A stretch of 64,000 bases of DNA from NCBI RefSeq assembly GCF_006345805.1, contig NC_043006.1, forward strand, positions 43,524,001 to 43,588,000. Reading direction: 5' to 3'. The position numbers and the translations under genes were made by a program. Positions 13,288-26,800 of this stretch are shown one piece after another (the first letter of the stretch is position 1; the number at the start of each line of letters is the position of its first letter). A model generated the notes under the pieces. It was not told the origin of the DNA and ran no database searches. It was given only the letters and a program-made list of their open reading frames with translations. Source of the stretch: Octopus sinensis. Its lineage: Eukaryota.

Positions 13288-14068
13288 AATATGTACATAC
13301 ATGCATACACACACACAAATATGCATATACACATGCAAACACATACACACAGAGGTCTACTCTATTTAGCAAGACCTGTGGCTAAAGAATAACAGCTATT
13401 GCAGTTATTGTAATAAAGGCCTAAAAGTATATTGGCTTTGATCAAGATGTTGCTATACCACATTCTGAACTTGTTATCACAACTACATAGTCTTTCTTTT
13501 AAATCTTATTTAACTATTCGTTTATAGTAAAATGTACAAATAAAAGTGTGTAAGGATGGAGGTGTAGTAAAATCTATTGAGTACAACTGATATCTTTACT
13601 TCCTGCTTTTCTTACATTCATATACCTTGTCTGTTCAGACTTCTTATTCTCAAACATCCAGTTGTGATGTATTAATTGTCACTCCGTAATTAGATAATTT
13701 TCATTACTTATAATAAATTGATATATATATATAACTTAGGTACAAGGTCAGCACAAATTTTACAAGAAGTAATATTCAATTAAATTAATCATAATACTTA
13801 ACTGCCACATTACCAAACAAAAAAATTAGAAGGATGAAAGCTAGTCAATGCTGGAAGGATTTGAACTCAGAATACAATGGCTTATGACTAAAAAATATAC
13901 CACAGGGCATTTTTGTCCAACACTGTACTGATTCTATATGTTAATATTGAAACATTAGTAATTGTGTAATATATTATTTCATCCATAAATTTAGAGTAAT
14001 TCCAAGAAAGAATCTAGTGTGTGGTTTTAATAATGTATATGCATATATACACATACATACATACATTC

Positions 14069-14121
<53 letters not shown>

Positions 14122-14881
14122 TGTATACATCTATCTCTAGCTTACTAGCTAAAGTGTAAAGATTATAACATATTTCTGATAGTTAAGGTATTGTATATTG
14201 TCAATGGAGATATGTTGTTAATTATATCTGAGTAGTAGCTTTCGAGATAAAGAGCAGCTGTAAATTGAAACAATAATTTAGAGAATGTTTAAGAGCTTTG
14301 GTAGAAATATTTAGAGGTTCTCTCTCACTCTGTCTCAAATTTGATTTTTAATTAGTATGACATTGAGTAATTTTAAAAATTTAGATGCACACAGAGACAA
14401 TACAAGTCGTTTTCTTTCTTCTTTTTTAACTTACTGATATACATAAATTACAACCTAAAGAGACAAACTTTTATATATTTTTAGAACAAATAACAAAGGA
14501 AAGGAAAGGAAATGGTTATCTATGAGAGCAATTTCTATGTTGGAATGTTTGCTGCAATATAATAAAGAAAATGGTTGAATTTGGTTTTACCTGTTCATCT
14601 TACAGACCCTTGGTCAAGCTTGAAACTTAAAAAACCACAAATATTTAAACAAAGCAAATATTCTGTGCAAAAAAGATCACAGAGAGGGGGAAAAAATTCC
14701 ACATTTCATTTAGTTTAAAAGAGTTGTTTTTTTCCTCATATAAAACTGAGAAGAGTTTGTGTGATGTGTTTGTATGTAAATATACATACATGGAGATTAT
14801 ATATATATATATATATGAAAGAGATACTGTACATACATATATACACACACATACACATGTATGTATATAAGCATATTATAC

Positions 14882-14933
<52 letters not shown>

Positions 14934-17900
14934 TATATATATTATATATATATACACTATACGTATACATATATATATATATATATATATACATATAAAT
15001 ACACACAGCACACACAAACATACACATACAAGCATATATATATATATATATATACATACACACACACATACTGCTGTATATACATATATAGTTATGATTG
15101 TATTATGCACTGAAGAAGTGTTTCCATACTTGAACAATAACAGGAAAAAAATATGATTTTTTTAGATAATAATAATCAAGTGTGAGAAAAGTAGAAGTAA
15201 AAAAAATAAAATCATTATTCATGAAAATGTTTAGATAAAAAGTAGAAACAATATTGGAGGAGGGGGGGAACGTTTGATAAAGTGTAATGGATGCAGAGGG
15301 AATTAGAGTACCAAAAGTATCATACACAGAACAGCAACAGAACACATTTGAACTGGGTTTACAGACTGAATACAATCAAAACTAAATATGGGACTGACAT
15401 GGAAGAATGCAAAGGAGCTTAAACCAACCATAAATAAACCAAAACTCAAACAAGGACAAAGGAACAACAAAAACAATAATAATGACCACAACAACGAGAA
15501 AACACAGTAAATTAATAACGATGATGAACAAAAAAGGCAAAATAAAAATGATATTCATGTCTTTGGTTTGAATGAAACCATTTCTAGTCTAACTGAACAA
15601 GACCAATACATCATTGCTATGGAAATATGATGGGAGATGAAATGCCCTTCATTTTGATTCAGGTATAAGTAAGCAGTAGTGCCTGGTTTGCTTTTAGTTT
15701 TTGTTGCCGTTTTTTTTGTTGTTTTTTTTTTTTGCATGTGTGCGTCTCTTTTGTTTTTGTTTTTTACTTTCGATAATAATTTAGTGTAAACATCGACTTC
15801 TTTAAGTGTTTACGGAATACTAAAATGCTTTTACCTTTTTCAAATCTTATTCAAAATATGTGGTGGACAGCACAAAGGTTTACATAATAAACAAATGTAT
15901 TAATAATCATTTTTTTGCTTCCTTCTAGAATTAAGATGTTTTTAAAAGAATTTTTGCTTGTTTTATTTTATTAACTAAAATGAAAAAAAAAAATTTCATT
16001 TTTATTATTAAATGCATTTTTCATTTGGCTAGCAAACAGCTACTTTTCTGAAGTATTGATCTATAAAACATATTTTGTTTTATTTTTAACTCGCGAGAGA
16101 TTAGCATTTAAAAAAGCACATTAAACAATTTAGGTTTTTTTAAAGAAAATTTATATTATAGATTTTTAAGACTAAAACCCGCATCAAAATATGTTCAATA
16201 ATACTCTCATGGGAGAAGCAAAGAGAATAGAATTCTAAAACCAACTAGAAAAAATACAAAAGGCCAACACGTGATAAAATGTTTTTATGTACAGTAGTAG
16301 TAACAAACATTATCATTTCTCAAAGTCCCAACCATGCTGAAATATTTGCAATCACTAGGTTCTTAGTTTCAAACTGCTTCAAAGCAAATCACAAAGAGAA
16401 AATGAAGACAGCAGTATTCTAATGAGAATTTACAAGGAGCTCCCAAGTGGCAATGACAACTCCTGTCATGAAACATGTTTAGTATCTGAATGGGAATGAT
16501 TTACGAGTTATTTATAGCATTATATCACCAAAACAATCTAATAATCTTTCCAAAACAAATGAAAGCAAATTGCTCAATCAATGGCACAATTTCATTTATT
16601 TTCCATGAAGATAAGATTGTACAGCAACCAATGCTAGGTAGCTTTAAGCGGTTAATTAGCTGGAAGCACATCAACAACAAATCACAGCTGTTATTTCCAG
16701 AAATTCTTGACTAATTGACAATATTGACTGGATAACAAACACTTCACAGGGAGTGAAAATGTCTTCGAAATAAAAGCTGTTGATTACTTCAAGCAGCCGA
16801 CGTAACTCAAGAAAATGACAACTGACAAATTCTAATGTCTTTATATTTGTGTTCAGTGGTTCAGTGGTTCAAAAACATGAATCCACTAGAGTACTGTCGT
16901 ATATTCCTTGAAGCAGGATACAAATTCACTACTAGCAACTTAACAGAGGAAACCATATATATATATATATGTATATTACGAAATTTAGCGGCAGGCAAAT
17001 GAGATCTTAGAAAGCATTCTTTGGGTTTCAGTTGCGGAAACTAAGAACAAAAATCAATCGAAAATATGTGGCCATTGTAATAAGAGAGGAAATCACAGTA
17101 AATTGGTTATTTACACTTTGAAAAGAACAAGTTCAGAGAGTTTTAATATTAATCATATCAATGATATTTAAAATGGTGTAAAACAAAATTTAGTACAACT
17201 GTACCATAACAGGAGAATTCAGAGTAGGAAAGTAATTTTAAAAGTGAATCTAAAATTTCTATAACTGTTGGGCTGATTTGCTTTATTTATAATAATCCAT
17301 GAGGGATTAGCATTGATTTTAGATGTGCAATGATATTTCATTTTGCTGAGAGGTGGGAATTCTATACAATCTTGATATAACATTGCTAGATTTAACTTTA
17401 GCTATATGAGGTCAAGACCACAATATTGATGTCCTTCACAATGGCGAAGATTAATTTCCCAGGTTTTCAGTAAATAAAACAGCTAAGTTAAATGGTTGGT
17501 TATTAACAGTGAAAATAAACTCTACTGCCACTGCTGCTAATCCCAAAGAGACAATGAGTTACAGTTCAAACCCAAGAAGGTTTCCTCCAATAATTATTGA
17601 AAGCCATTGAATGGAAGACACTTATGTCCTATAAGGGTAGCCTAGCAGCAAAGTTAATAGACTCTGTTGTGGATCTTTCATTCCAAAGAGCAATTCTTTC
17701 TCTCTCTCTCTTTCTCTCTCACACACGTGTGCATCTGTATGTATATGCATCTTATATCTATGTGTGGATGTGAGTGCGTATGCTTGCATACAATATACAC
17801 ACACAAATACATAGAGAGAGAAAGAAAGAGGAGGAGGGGGGAAAGAGACAGAGCAATATACTTCCAGAACAAGACATATTGTGGTAAAAATGAATGTTTC

Positions 17901-18629
17901 ATCTTGTAACATGTTTGCTCCGACATATTTTGCCTTTTGTTACTGGCAGTCTATTTACATTCTTGTCTTGCAAAGTTAACAATGGTCATGAGAGAGAAAG
18001 AGAGAGAGAGAGAAGGACTGAAGTGTGGCAATGTGTAGGAGAAAGACAGTGGGTGGGTCGGTGGGGAACAGGAATATAAAGAAAATAGAAGAGTAAGAGA
18101 GAGGTTATCAAATTGTTAACACCACACAAACAATAAAAGGAGAAGGTAAAACACACACTCTCTCTCTCTCCCTCTCTCTCATACAGTCACAAAAACCTTA
18201 TCACACACACACACATATACTACTGCATGAGTAAGTTTTATATAATTTGATTTGAAATTAATCTTGTATGGCCTCTTAGTAAATCAGATTTTTAGATCAT
18301 GCTTGCAGGGTAAAGAACGTACAAATTTCCATCATTATAACCATTGCTGCCACCACCACCACCACCACCACCACAATTCAGACAACAACAACAGTAGAAA
18401 CAACTATTGCTGCTGCTAAAAACAATCACCAGCATCACTATACTCGTTGTTGCCTTCAATTATCTTCAGGACAGTTCTTACAGAGATACAAGAGAGAAAC
18501 TAGTTGTGTCTGGAGTTTGAGAGCACCTACAAATGGTAAACACCTCAATTTCATTATATGAGAAATCAAAAACAGCTGAGTCTTAGTGCTAGGTTCCAGC
18601 AGGGTATTAGCGATATGTTAGCCTAGTAG

Positions 18630-18830
18630 TTCTTTATTCGCCATGATAGATCGCTAGCCACTATACCTTTTTTCTATTTTCTCTCCCTGTTTATTTCTGT
18701 CGAAGTGCATAGGCTCGAAATGTAAAAGACTTTCTCACTTCCCGAGCGTTAAACTAATACATCAGTTTGTTGTTTACAAACCCATTTTTGTCTTTTGTTT
18801 TTTTTTGTAAATTCTCACTAGTAGTTCCTT
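18630..18830 (+). mobile_element. CpG-retaining repeat fragment with a degenerate HHR motif (possible PLE terminal repeat)
   Basis: Relatively CpG-rich. It contains ATTT-CTGTCGA-AGTGC(ATAG)GCTC-GAAA-TGTA-AAAG at 18693-18728. Confidence 0.45.
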
Positions 18831-19407
18831 AAAATGGATTTACATACTCTCTTTAACATACATCTGTATTTGATAAATAACTAACACTCTTTAACATGCA
18901 TCTGTATTTGAAACGGTGGTTCATTAACTTTGCTACAAGTTCAAGGAATCAGCAAGAAGCAATTTGCGATCTTAGAGAGAACTTTATGCATGCACGAACA
19001 CACACATACATTTTCCTCATATAAGGTATATGTAATCTTTAAAAATCAAGCATTTTAATTCAATCATGTGTGGGTATGCATGTATGTAGTTGTGTATGTG
19101 TGTATGTGGATTCATATATATGTGTATGGATATTGATTTCCATTCTCAACTTTGTTCAATATCTACTAAGGATCATTAATATTCACAAGGCCACTTGTGT
19201 GAAACCATGGTATGGATTTTAATATACACACAAACACATACACAATATAGACACACAAGGCAGTTGTTTCGATGTGTGTATCATCCATTATGAAATAAAG
19301 ATGCTCATTTGTTTTCTAAAGAATATTTAAATTATATGAAAACACGTAATAAAAAGAAAAATTAAAATTCTTTCTTTCTCAGTTTATTTACAAAATATAT
19401 AAACATA

Positions 19408-19873
19408 CAGGTACAGGTGTGCCCTGCGAGGTTAAGAAGTTTGCTTTCTAGTATGGTTTCAAGTTCAGTTCCACCATGTGGCGCTTTGGGCAAATATCTT
19501 TTAATACAGCCCTAGCTTAACCAAAGCTTGAAACAGGTAGACAGCAAACGAAAGATACATGTCATGTATTTCCATATACATATGTGAATGTGTGTGGAGA
19601 AGACAGAGTGTGCATGTGTGTGTGTGTATTTGTTTCTGTCTCCTTGTCTTCACAACATGTGAGAGTTGTAAATGAGTGTCACTGCCATACAAGCAGTCGT
19701 GTCATTCATTTCTGATGTTCTGTGGAAACAAGTTTGACCACAGGGGGAATATTATATTGCTTGGGGTTATGTGCAGGTTTGCTATAAAAAATCTGCCTCT
19801 ATTATCTCCGTCCAACCTATGCAAACATGGAAAACGTACGTAAGAACAATGATTATGACGGTGATGATGATGA
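19408..19873 (+). mobile_element. SINE with family A head and an alternative, RTE-like 3' tail
   Basis: Degenerate A head and CORE-like domain, then GTTGTAAATGAGTGTCAC..., ending CAAACATGGAAAACGTACG...GATGATGAT. Confidence 0.6.
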
Positions 19874-20963
19874 TAGATAACAAACCAACAGACACAGTGA
19901 CACTTTCCTTTCTTCAATTACACACACACACACACACTCAGAAATTAGTAATGGATTAAGTTAAGAAAGCTGAAAATTATTTATGTCTAAATTAACAATA
20001 GACAATTGTACTAATTACAAGTTTGAATAGATGTAGAAGTAATTATAGTTTTAATAAGTTAACCATTCCAAATAATTTATTCTAATCACTTTTGTCATGT
20101 AAATATTAAAATGGAAATTTCATTTTGTTGTGCAAACAATAACTTAAAAATGAATATGTATATGTGTTTGTGAGAGAGACAGAGAGAGAGAGAAAGAGGG
20201 GGTGAGTACACATGACTTGATAGTCACCTTGAAGCCTTGCAGTTTCTTCTGCCAGTTAATATTGAAAGTAATCAGCTGAATACTTAGTTATGGACTTCCC
20301 AAGCTGATTGCAATTTTTTTTTAAAGTCTTGAAGAACCTTATTTCCATTTTTTTTTGTATCTCCCCACCACACCCAGCAAGATAGGAGGCAGGGTTTGAA
20401 CTCACAAGGCACAGAGCCAAAACAGATATCTCAAGGTACTACATCCTATGCTCTAAAATGCCACCAATCCACCATTCTAGATTGATACTTTATCCTCTCA
20501 AAAAGAATGAATGGCCAAGTGAACTTAAGCAGGGCTTAAATTCAGAATGCAAAAAAACAGCAAGACACTCTGGACAACTCTAAAAAAACAGCAAATTCAA
20601 AGCAACAAAATATATATATAAATATATGTATAAGCTGAGAGAGAGAGATAAAGTGTGTGGGATAATTCAGGGGTTTTTTTTTTTTAATGCAGCAGTTTAT
20701 TGATACGGTGAGTACTGAAGGACCCACACTCAATAAATATTATTAAGAAAAGCAGTCTGTTTCAGGAAAATGGCAATGTTTATATACTTTTTAACAGTAG
20801 AACACCAAGTAGATAAAGCTATAAATAACGATGTGCAAAAGTCAGGTTTAAAAAAGCTTTGGATGGGAAAAGTTGAAGGCTTTAGCTTTATCTGCTTTGC
20901 ATCCCACCATTAAAAACGATTTATTTCACACCTCTCACAGTTTCTGAATTCTTATAACATTCA

Positions 20964-21013
<50 letters not shown>

Positions 21014-21461
21014 TATATATATAAACATATATATATACATACATACATAGCTACATATATATATATATACATACATATATATATATATATACATACATAA
21101 CTTATATCTAATGTTCATATGCATTCATGTTTTGCTTTCACTGTTACCAATTGCCCAACATTCATGACTACAGAGAAAAGTTATTTCAGTTAAGTTGATA
21201 ACTTATGCCATTCCACAAAATAATATCTCCTTGAGAATCGGACAAGAGTTTGCATACAAGAGAATTACAATGAAGATATAATGTGCATACATATATTATG
21301 ATTTTGGTCTGTTTCCAAGACCTGCACATCACTCCTGGTGTACATAAGCCAGCTTCTGAAAAAGCTTCTCAACTATCTTTCACAGTTAAAGCTTGGTTCT
21401 ATCAAATCCTAGAGATAATGCTACAGAATCATCATATTTAATTACAATAAACTAAAGCACA

Positions 21462-21585
21462 TAGTGGTTGAGATGCTTGGGTTATAATCATATGTTCATG
21501 GGTTCGATTCCTAGACAGGGCAGTACATTCTGTCCTTGAGCAAAACACTTCATTCCACATTGCTCCAGTCTACCTAGCTGGAAGG
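21462..21585 (+). mobile_element. SINE family D 5' fragment
   Basis: TAGTGGTT...GGGTTCGATTCC...TGTCCTTGAGCAAAACAC...CACATTGCTCCAGTC, homologous to 61493-61800. Confidence 0.65.
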
Positions 21586-21949
21586 AGTCCCAGTCAGATG
21601 TAAGTACAACAATCTCTTTCCCTCTCTCTCTCTCTCTCTCTCTGCAACTCTCAAACTTTGGGTGTTCTTCACAGTCAAGGATAAAGAAGTCAAGAGGGTG
21701 CCTATGTCTGCTCGCAATGACACACATCTAAAAAGAATTAATGAAAGCAAGGTAAACATTACAACCAATGGCTGGTTGCACTGTACTTTAATTCCACAAA
21801 GGACCTCATATTTCAAGTATCATTTTAACAAGGTTGGCTTATATATCATTGCGACAGTAGTGGCTATGGTGGCAATCACTCCTTCATATATAATATTATT
21901 GGTGTGTGCTCTCTCTCTCTCTCTCTGATTTATATAACATGTATTACAC

Positions 21950-22157
21950 ATGGATGTAGCACTGGTGCAGGTGCCATGCAAAAAGCACCCAGTACACTGG
22001 AAAAGTGGTTGGCATTAGGAAGGGCATCCAGTCAGAGAAAACGTATCAAAGCAGATGAAGGAACTTGGTGTGGTTACCAGCTTTACCAGCTCCTGTCAAG
22101 TTGTCCCATCCATACCAGCATGGAAAAACAGACATTAAATGATGATGATGATGATGA
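21950..22157 (+). mobile_element. RTE-type retroposon 3' tail
   Basis: GTTGGCATTAGGAAGGGCATCCAG...CCAGCATGGAAAAACAGACATTAAA(TGA)n. An inverted copy of the tail lies near 49075-49125. Confidence 0.6.
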
Positions 22158-23076
22158 TATTAATTTCTTCTTGTGTAGTCCCAAAAGATTAAAAGATATA
22201 AAGCTAACTTCAGCTAGATTTGAACTTAGAAGTAAAGTAAATACTGTAATGTAGTTACTAAATGCTTAGGACCATTCTTCCAGCTTACTATTTTCAGTTA
22301 TATCCAAAAATTTTTCGAACTGTGCCATCTAATATTTTGTGTAACAGTTTGTCCTTATATACACAATAGAATGTTAACATAAAGAACACTAATTATTATT
22401 ATTTTTTTTTTTTTTTTAGAAATACGCATTCTAAAAATATCAAATTATGGAAAATGGGTCTAAGTGAGAAGATGGTACTAAAGATTCCTTATTAGAAGGC
22501 CAAGAGGTGACTATTTATGTGCTATACGAAATCTAATTCACTATGGCTCTTTGGTACTATCCTAAACTTGGACCATTATATTGGAAGATTCCTATTGAAA
22601 CAAAATGTGATTTCTTTGCAGCTAATAAATAAATAAATTTATAAATAAATGAACGAAAGAATGAAGAAATATAATAAATAAGTAAATAGATAAATGAAAC
22701 CAATGAAGATGGAATATTGGTCATTTAAAAATATATAGAATACAGTGATCATTTCCAATTTCAGAACATTGTTCTGAAAGGATGCATTCTTTAAGCCAGT
22801 CGCAGCTGTAGATGGAAAGGTCAGCAACCTATTATGATAGAGAGATATGAGCAATTTAACACAAAACAAGGAAGGCAGAGAGAGAAAGAGACAGAGACAG
22901 GATTTTAGTTTAAACATTTACCATTTAGGATGCATAGGCAGGATGCTGAAACTTAATAATGTATGTGTGTGTGTGTGTAGTTATGTGACAGGTGCAGAAG
23001 AGAAGGGTGCAGCTACTGGTGCATGAGCAGGCGCAATCTCAGTAAATGGCTATAACAAGAGAACATTTATTACAAA

Positions 23077-23130
23077 CTATACTATACACTGCAGTGGTGG
23101 ATTATCAGGGTTTGGACTTGTCTGGTCTAC
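23077..23130 (-). CDS. Candidate short exon (VDQTSPNPDNPPLQCIV*), unidentified
   Basis: Acceptor TTGTTTGGTACTTTCAG. Only frame 0 stays open for more than 8 codons, and AATAAA lies 10 nt after the stop. No homology recognised. Confidence 0.25.
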   Translation of the reverse strand, partial: VDQTSPNPDNPPLQCIV

Positions 23131-23235
23131 CTGAAAGTACCAAACAATTAAGGCAGTTCCTCCTCCTCACTGAGAAATTAAAGCAAAACAAGGAATATAT
23201 GCAAATTACCATGCTGCCTAAAATTTATTCTAAAC

Positions 23236-23485
23236 ATGATGATGATGATGATGACGACTGTGGTGGTAGTGATGGTGGTTATAGTAGTAGCAGCAGTAAC
23301 TTATAGCACAGGTGGTGATGGTGCTGTAGTAGTAGTAGTAGTAGTAGTGGTGCTAGTAGCAGCTACTACTACTACTACTACTACTACTACTGTAGTAGTG
23401 GTGGTGGTGATAGTAGTAGTAGTAGCAGCAGCAGTAGTAGTAGTAGCAGCAGCAGCAGCAATGGCAATAGTAGCAGCAACAGCAA
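23236..23485. repeat. Compound trinucleotide microsatellite (GAT/GTG/TAG/CTA/CAG)
   Basis: Directly visible runs; it explains the low-complexity ORFs here. Confidence 0.95.
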
Positions 23486-23810
23486 CAAAGCTCCGTCCTA
23501 AAATACCCACTTACGTAATAGAAACTATCATTAATGCTTTATGAAAATATAGAGGAATATTTATGTGTGTTTATGTATCTTTAGAAAGAAAAGAGGGAAA
23601 TATTTAGAAAGCATCAGCAAAAATAAAGGAGAGGAGAACTAATGATGGAAAAGCTACAGAAAATTGTTTCCTTTTTTTTTTTTTTTGAAAAAAAAAAAAA
23701 AAAATGAGGAAAATCTAAGGCATTTTATCATAACATTTCAGAATCCATTAAAATTTGTTTTTATTATTATTTCATTATTTCTTGAAGGAGGAAGAGGTAA
23801 TAAGGAGAGA

Positions 23811-23841
<31 letters not shown>

Positions 23842-26800
23842 AAGCATGGATCCTTAAAAGAAAGTTTTACTTTTGAATATTGAGTATTCTTTTAGACCAA
23901 ACAGAATATTAGCATTTCTGGTCTTTGTATGTCTGTGACTGGATATTTCTGTTTAGTTGCCATTATAATGAAACCAATAAAAAAAAAACATGATAAAATA
24001 GTATTAAAAAAAACTAGTGAAGATATTTTCCATTGAATAGAAAAAAAAAATCCAACATTTCTCTCCAACAAGTGGCAGTGAGGTATGGATGGAATGGGTG
24101 ATAGATTGCTGGGTTTTTCTTTTTCTCTTAAATACTCCTCCTCCTTTTACCCCTCCTGGTGGTATTTTGAAGCATATTTTTTAATAATAATAACAGCAAT
24201 GGTTTCAAATTTTGGTGCATGGTTGTCAATTTTGAAGGGTGGGGTAAGTTGATCACATTGGCTAGAGTACCTGATTGGTTCTTTATTTTGTCAATCCGGG
24301 GATGGAGGGCAGAAGTGAAAAGAAAGAACCAGTCGACGTAATCAACTTGCCCTCTTTGCATGAAAAATTGCTGGCCCTGTGCATAACTTCAATTCACTGC
24401 TATAAAAATAACATAATGTAATATATAAAAAAAAATTACCCATACCCATTCTCCTGCTATCAATAATAATTATAATAATAATAATAATAATAATAGTAAA
24501 AGGAAAGACAGAGATGTGTGCATTGTAGTTGAATGAATAAAATTGTGAATAAAAAAAGATCTTCGCTGAATTTCTTATGTAACTGGTGATTTAATTGGTG
24601 CAAAAATTTAGAAGGAAAAAGACATTCTAATTATGAATATATAAATGTATATATATATAAAGATAACTGCATGTTTTTTTTTTCTTTCTCGATTTTTTTC
24701 AAATGTTTATTCAAAATTTTGATTTAAAAGAATAAATAAAATGGAATGATGTATTGGTCATTATTCAGGTAAGGTAGGAAACGTACAGACAAAGACCAAG
24801 TCAACTTGGGAATGGGAAGGATAAAAACTGATGTTGCAAGCATGTTACTGGAAGCAAACAGCAACAGCCAGGACACTGAGCAGCAAAACAAAGAAAGAAA
24901 CAAGGATGAGTTTTTCTAGAAAAGAAGCCACATGTACTGACCACATAATAGTTACATAGTTGCTATGACATGCAGATTACATGGAGGGTAGAGTGCTAGA
25001 GTGCTGCTGGAAACCCTTACCATATGGTACTTAACAATAGCTGTTGATAAATTGAGATTTTGGGTGGAGGGCGCCCCACTCCCTATTTTTAAAGTGTTAC
25101 TCAGCTACAGTGAACTACACAGGAACTAGGTAACATGGTCAGATACTATAAGCTAATCGAGATATTATTATCTTTTGACAATAATGGTAATAAGATGTTT
25201 AACTCCAATTTCCACACAAATATATGAACAACAATGTACTATTGCAGTGTAGGCAAGGAGTAAATAATATAAAGTAGTAAACACATGCCAGTAGAGAAAA
25301 TTCTATATCAATAGAGATTGTACCACTCCAAGAGATGCTGTACTTCTCTGAGAGACACTACATCATGCCAAGAAGGAAATCACCATCACAACAGAGAGCA
25401 AACTACCCCAATAGTTAGTTTACCACTTAGACACTATTCTGATGCTGCAATTACTAATTGCTGTAGAAATTGTACCGCTTCAAAACACACGGTGCCAACA
25501 TATTATGAAACATACCATGCCCATACAGATTTAAATGAGTGTACAAAAAGAAGATGAGTGAACCTAATAAACATCTTTGGAAGTGTGGTTGCATGTGCAT
25601 TAAACTTCACTATGGTGAATAGTAATACCCTTAGAATTGGAAACTAGAATGAAATGCAAACAAAAGAAACTCTACTATTGCCAGTACAATGATATATTTT
25701 GAGGACATCTTTTGTAATCTCTAAGAGACACAGGTTTATTAACTTAAGTTGGCACCAAGACATGTAATTCATAGAAATAAGGATAGACTAACTCAAGGAG
25801 TTAGGAAAAAGATAGTGAGTCCTTGAAAATAAAGCAGACATCAGCAGACAAACAGCATTAAACCTAATGAGACAGTTATAGACAACAATATTGGGAGACA
25901 CGAGATGCAGATTGTTAACCTAAAGAGACACCTAAAATGAATGGCCTGAACGGAATATCAAAAGTGAAGCAACTAATTAACAAAAAGCAGAGATTAGAGA
26001 AAGAGGGGAGTACAGAATGAGAGATGGGTAGGGCCACACACACATGTACATATATCTTTAAATATGCTTGTATGCATGAGCATGTACATGAGAGTATGTA
26101 TATATATGGGTATATGTGAATGTGTGTCTACATATATACACATATGCACAAATAAATACAGGGACAGAGGGAGGGGGAGAGAGAGAGAGAGAGGAGGGAA
26201 GGGAAATACCATCAACCCAGCATATCTAACTTGATACTAATACAGTACTAGTAGAATATGTTTTTCTTTAAATTCCAACAACAAATCTGCTTCTTATAAC
26301 AGTAGAGAAATATGAAGAGTTGATTTTTGTTGTCATAGTCAAAAGTAACTTAGTATGGTTTAATCTTCTGACATATAAACAGTTCTCAAGAACTGCAGTG
26401 CTGTTGGTCATGTACACTCTAAGGTTTTGATACTAGTTGCATATAACATGGATTTTAGTTGAAACATATCCAGCGCTGATCCGCAGAGAAATCTGACTCA
26501 AAGTTGACATGTATAACATGAAGCATTTAGCATCAAGTTACCAGTCAGTTGCATACAACAATATTTACTGCATTTCAAAATAAATAATATTATTAAAAAC
26601 TAAGTAGCCAAAACCAATATTTATGTTAGGAAAAGAATGAAGAGGAAAAAAAAATTAAAATAAATTTTTTTTTTTTTTTTTTTAAATGGCAATCGATAGA
26701 TCGATCAATAAGATCATTAATGAACTTTGTTATTAAGTAAAAGCCAAACGACAAGCTAATGCAAAATATTCTGTAACATGATATGAGTTGCAAAGATCGG

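Noticed and set aside
16879-16893. 15-nt identity with the 40.6-kb HHR spacer
   Set aside because: A 15-mer match is expected by chance among all pairs in 64 kb, and the flanks do not align.
18470-18535. Plus-strand exon resembling a CUB-domain peptide (QRYKRETSCVWSLRAP)
   Set aside because: Resemblance is limited to a few residues and no supporting exons were found.
25260-25980. Possible decayed LINE body
   Set aside because: No RT or endonuclease motif could be read in any frame by eye, so it is left unannotated.
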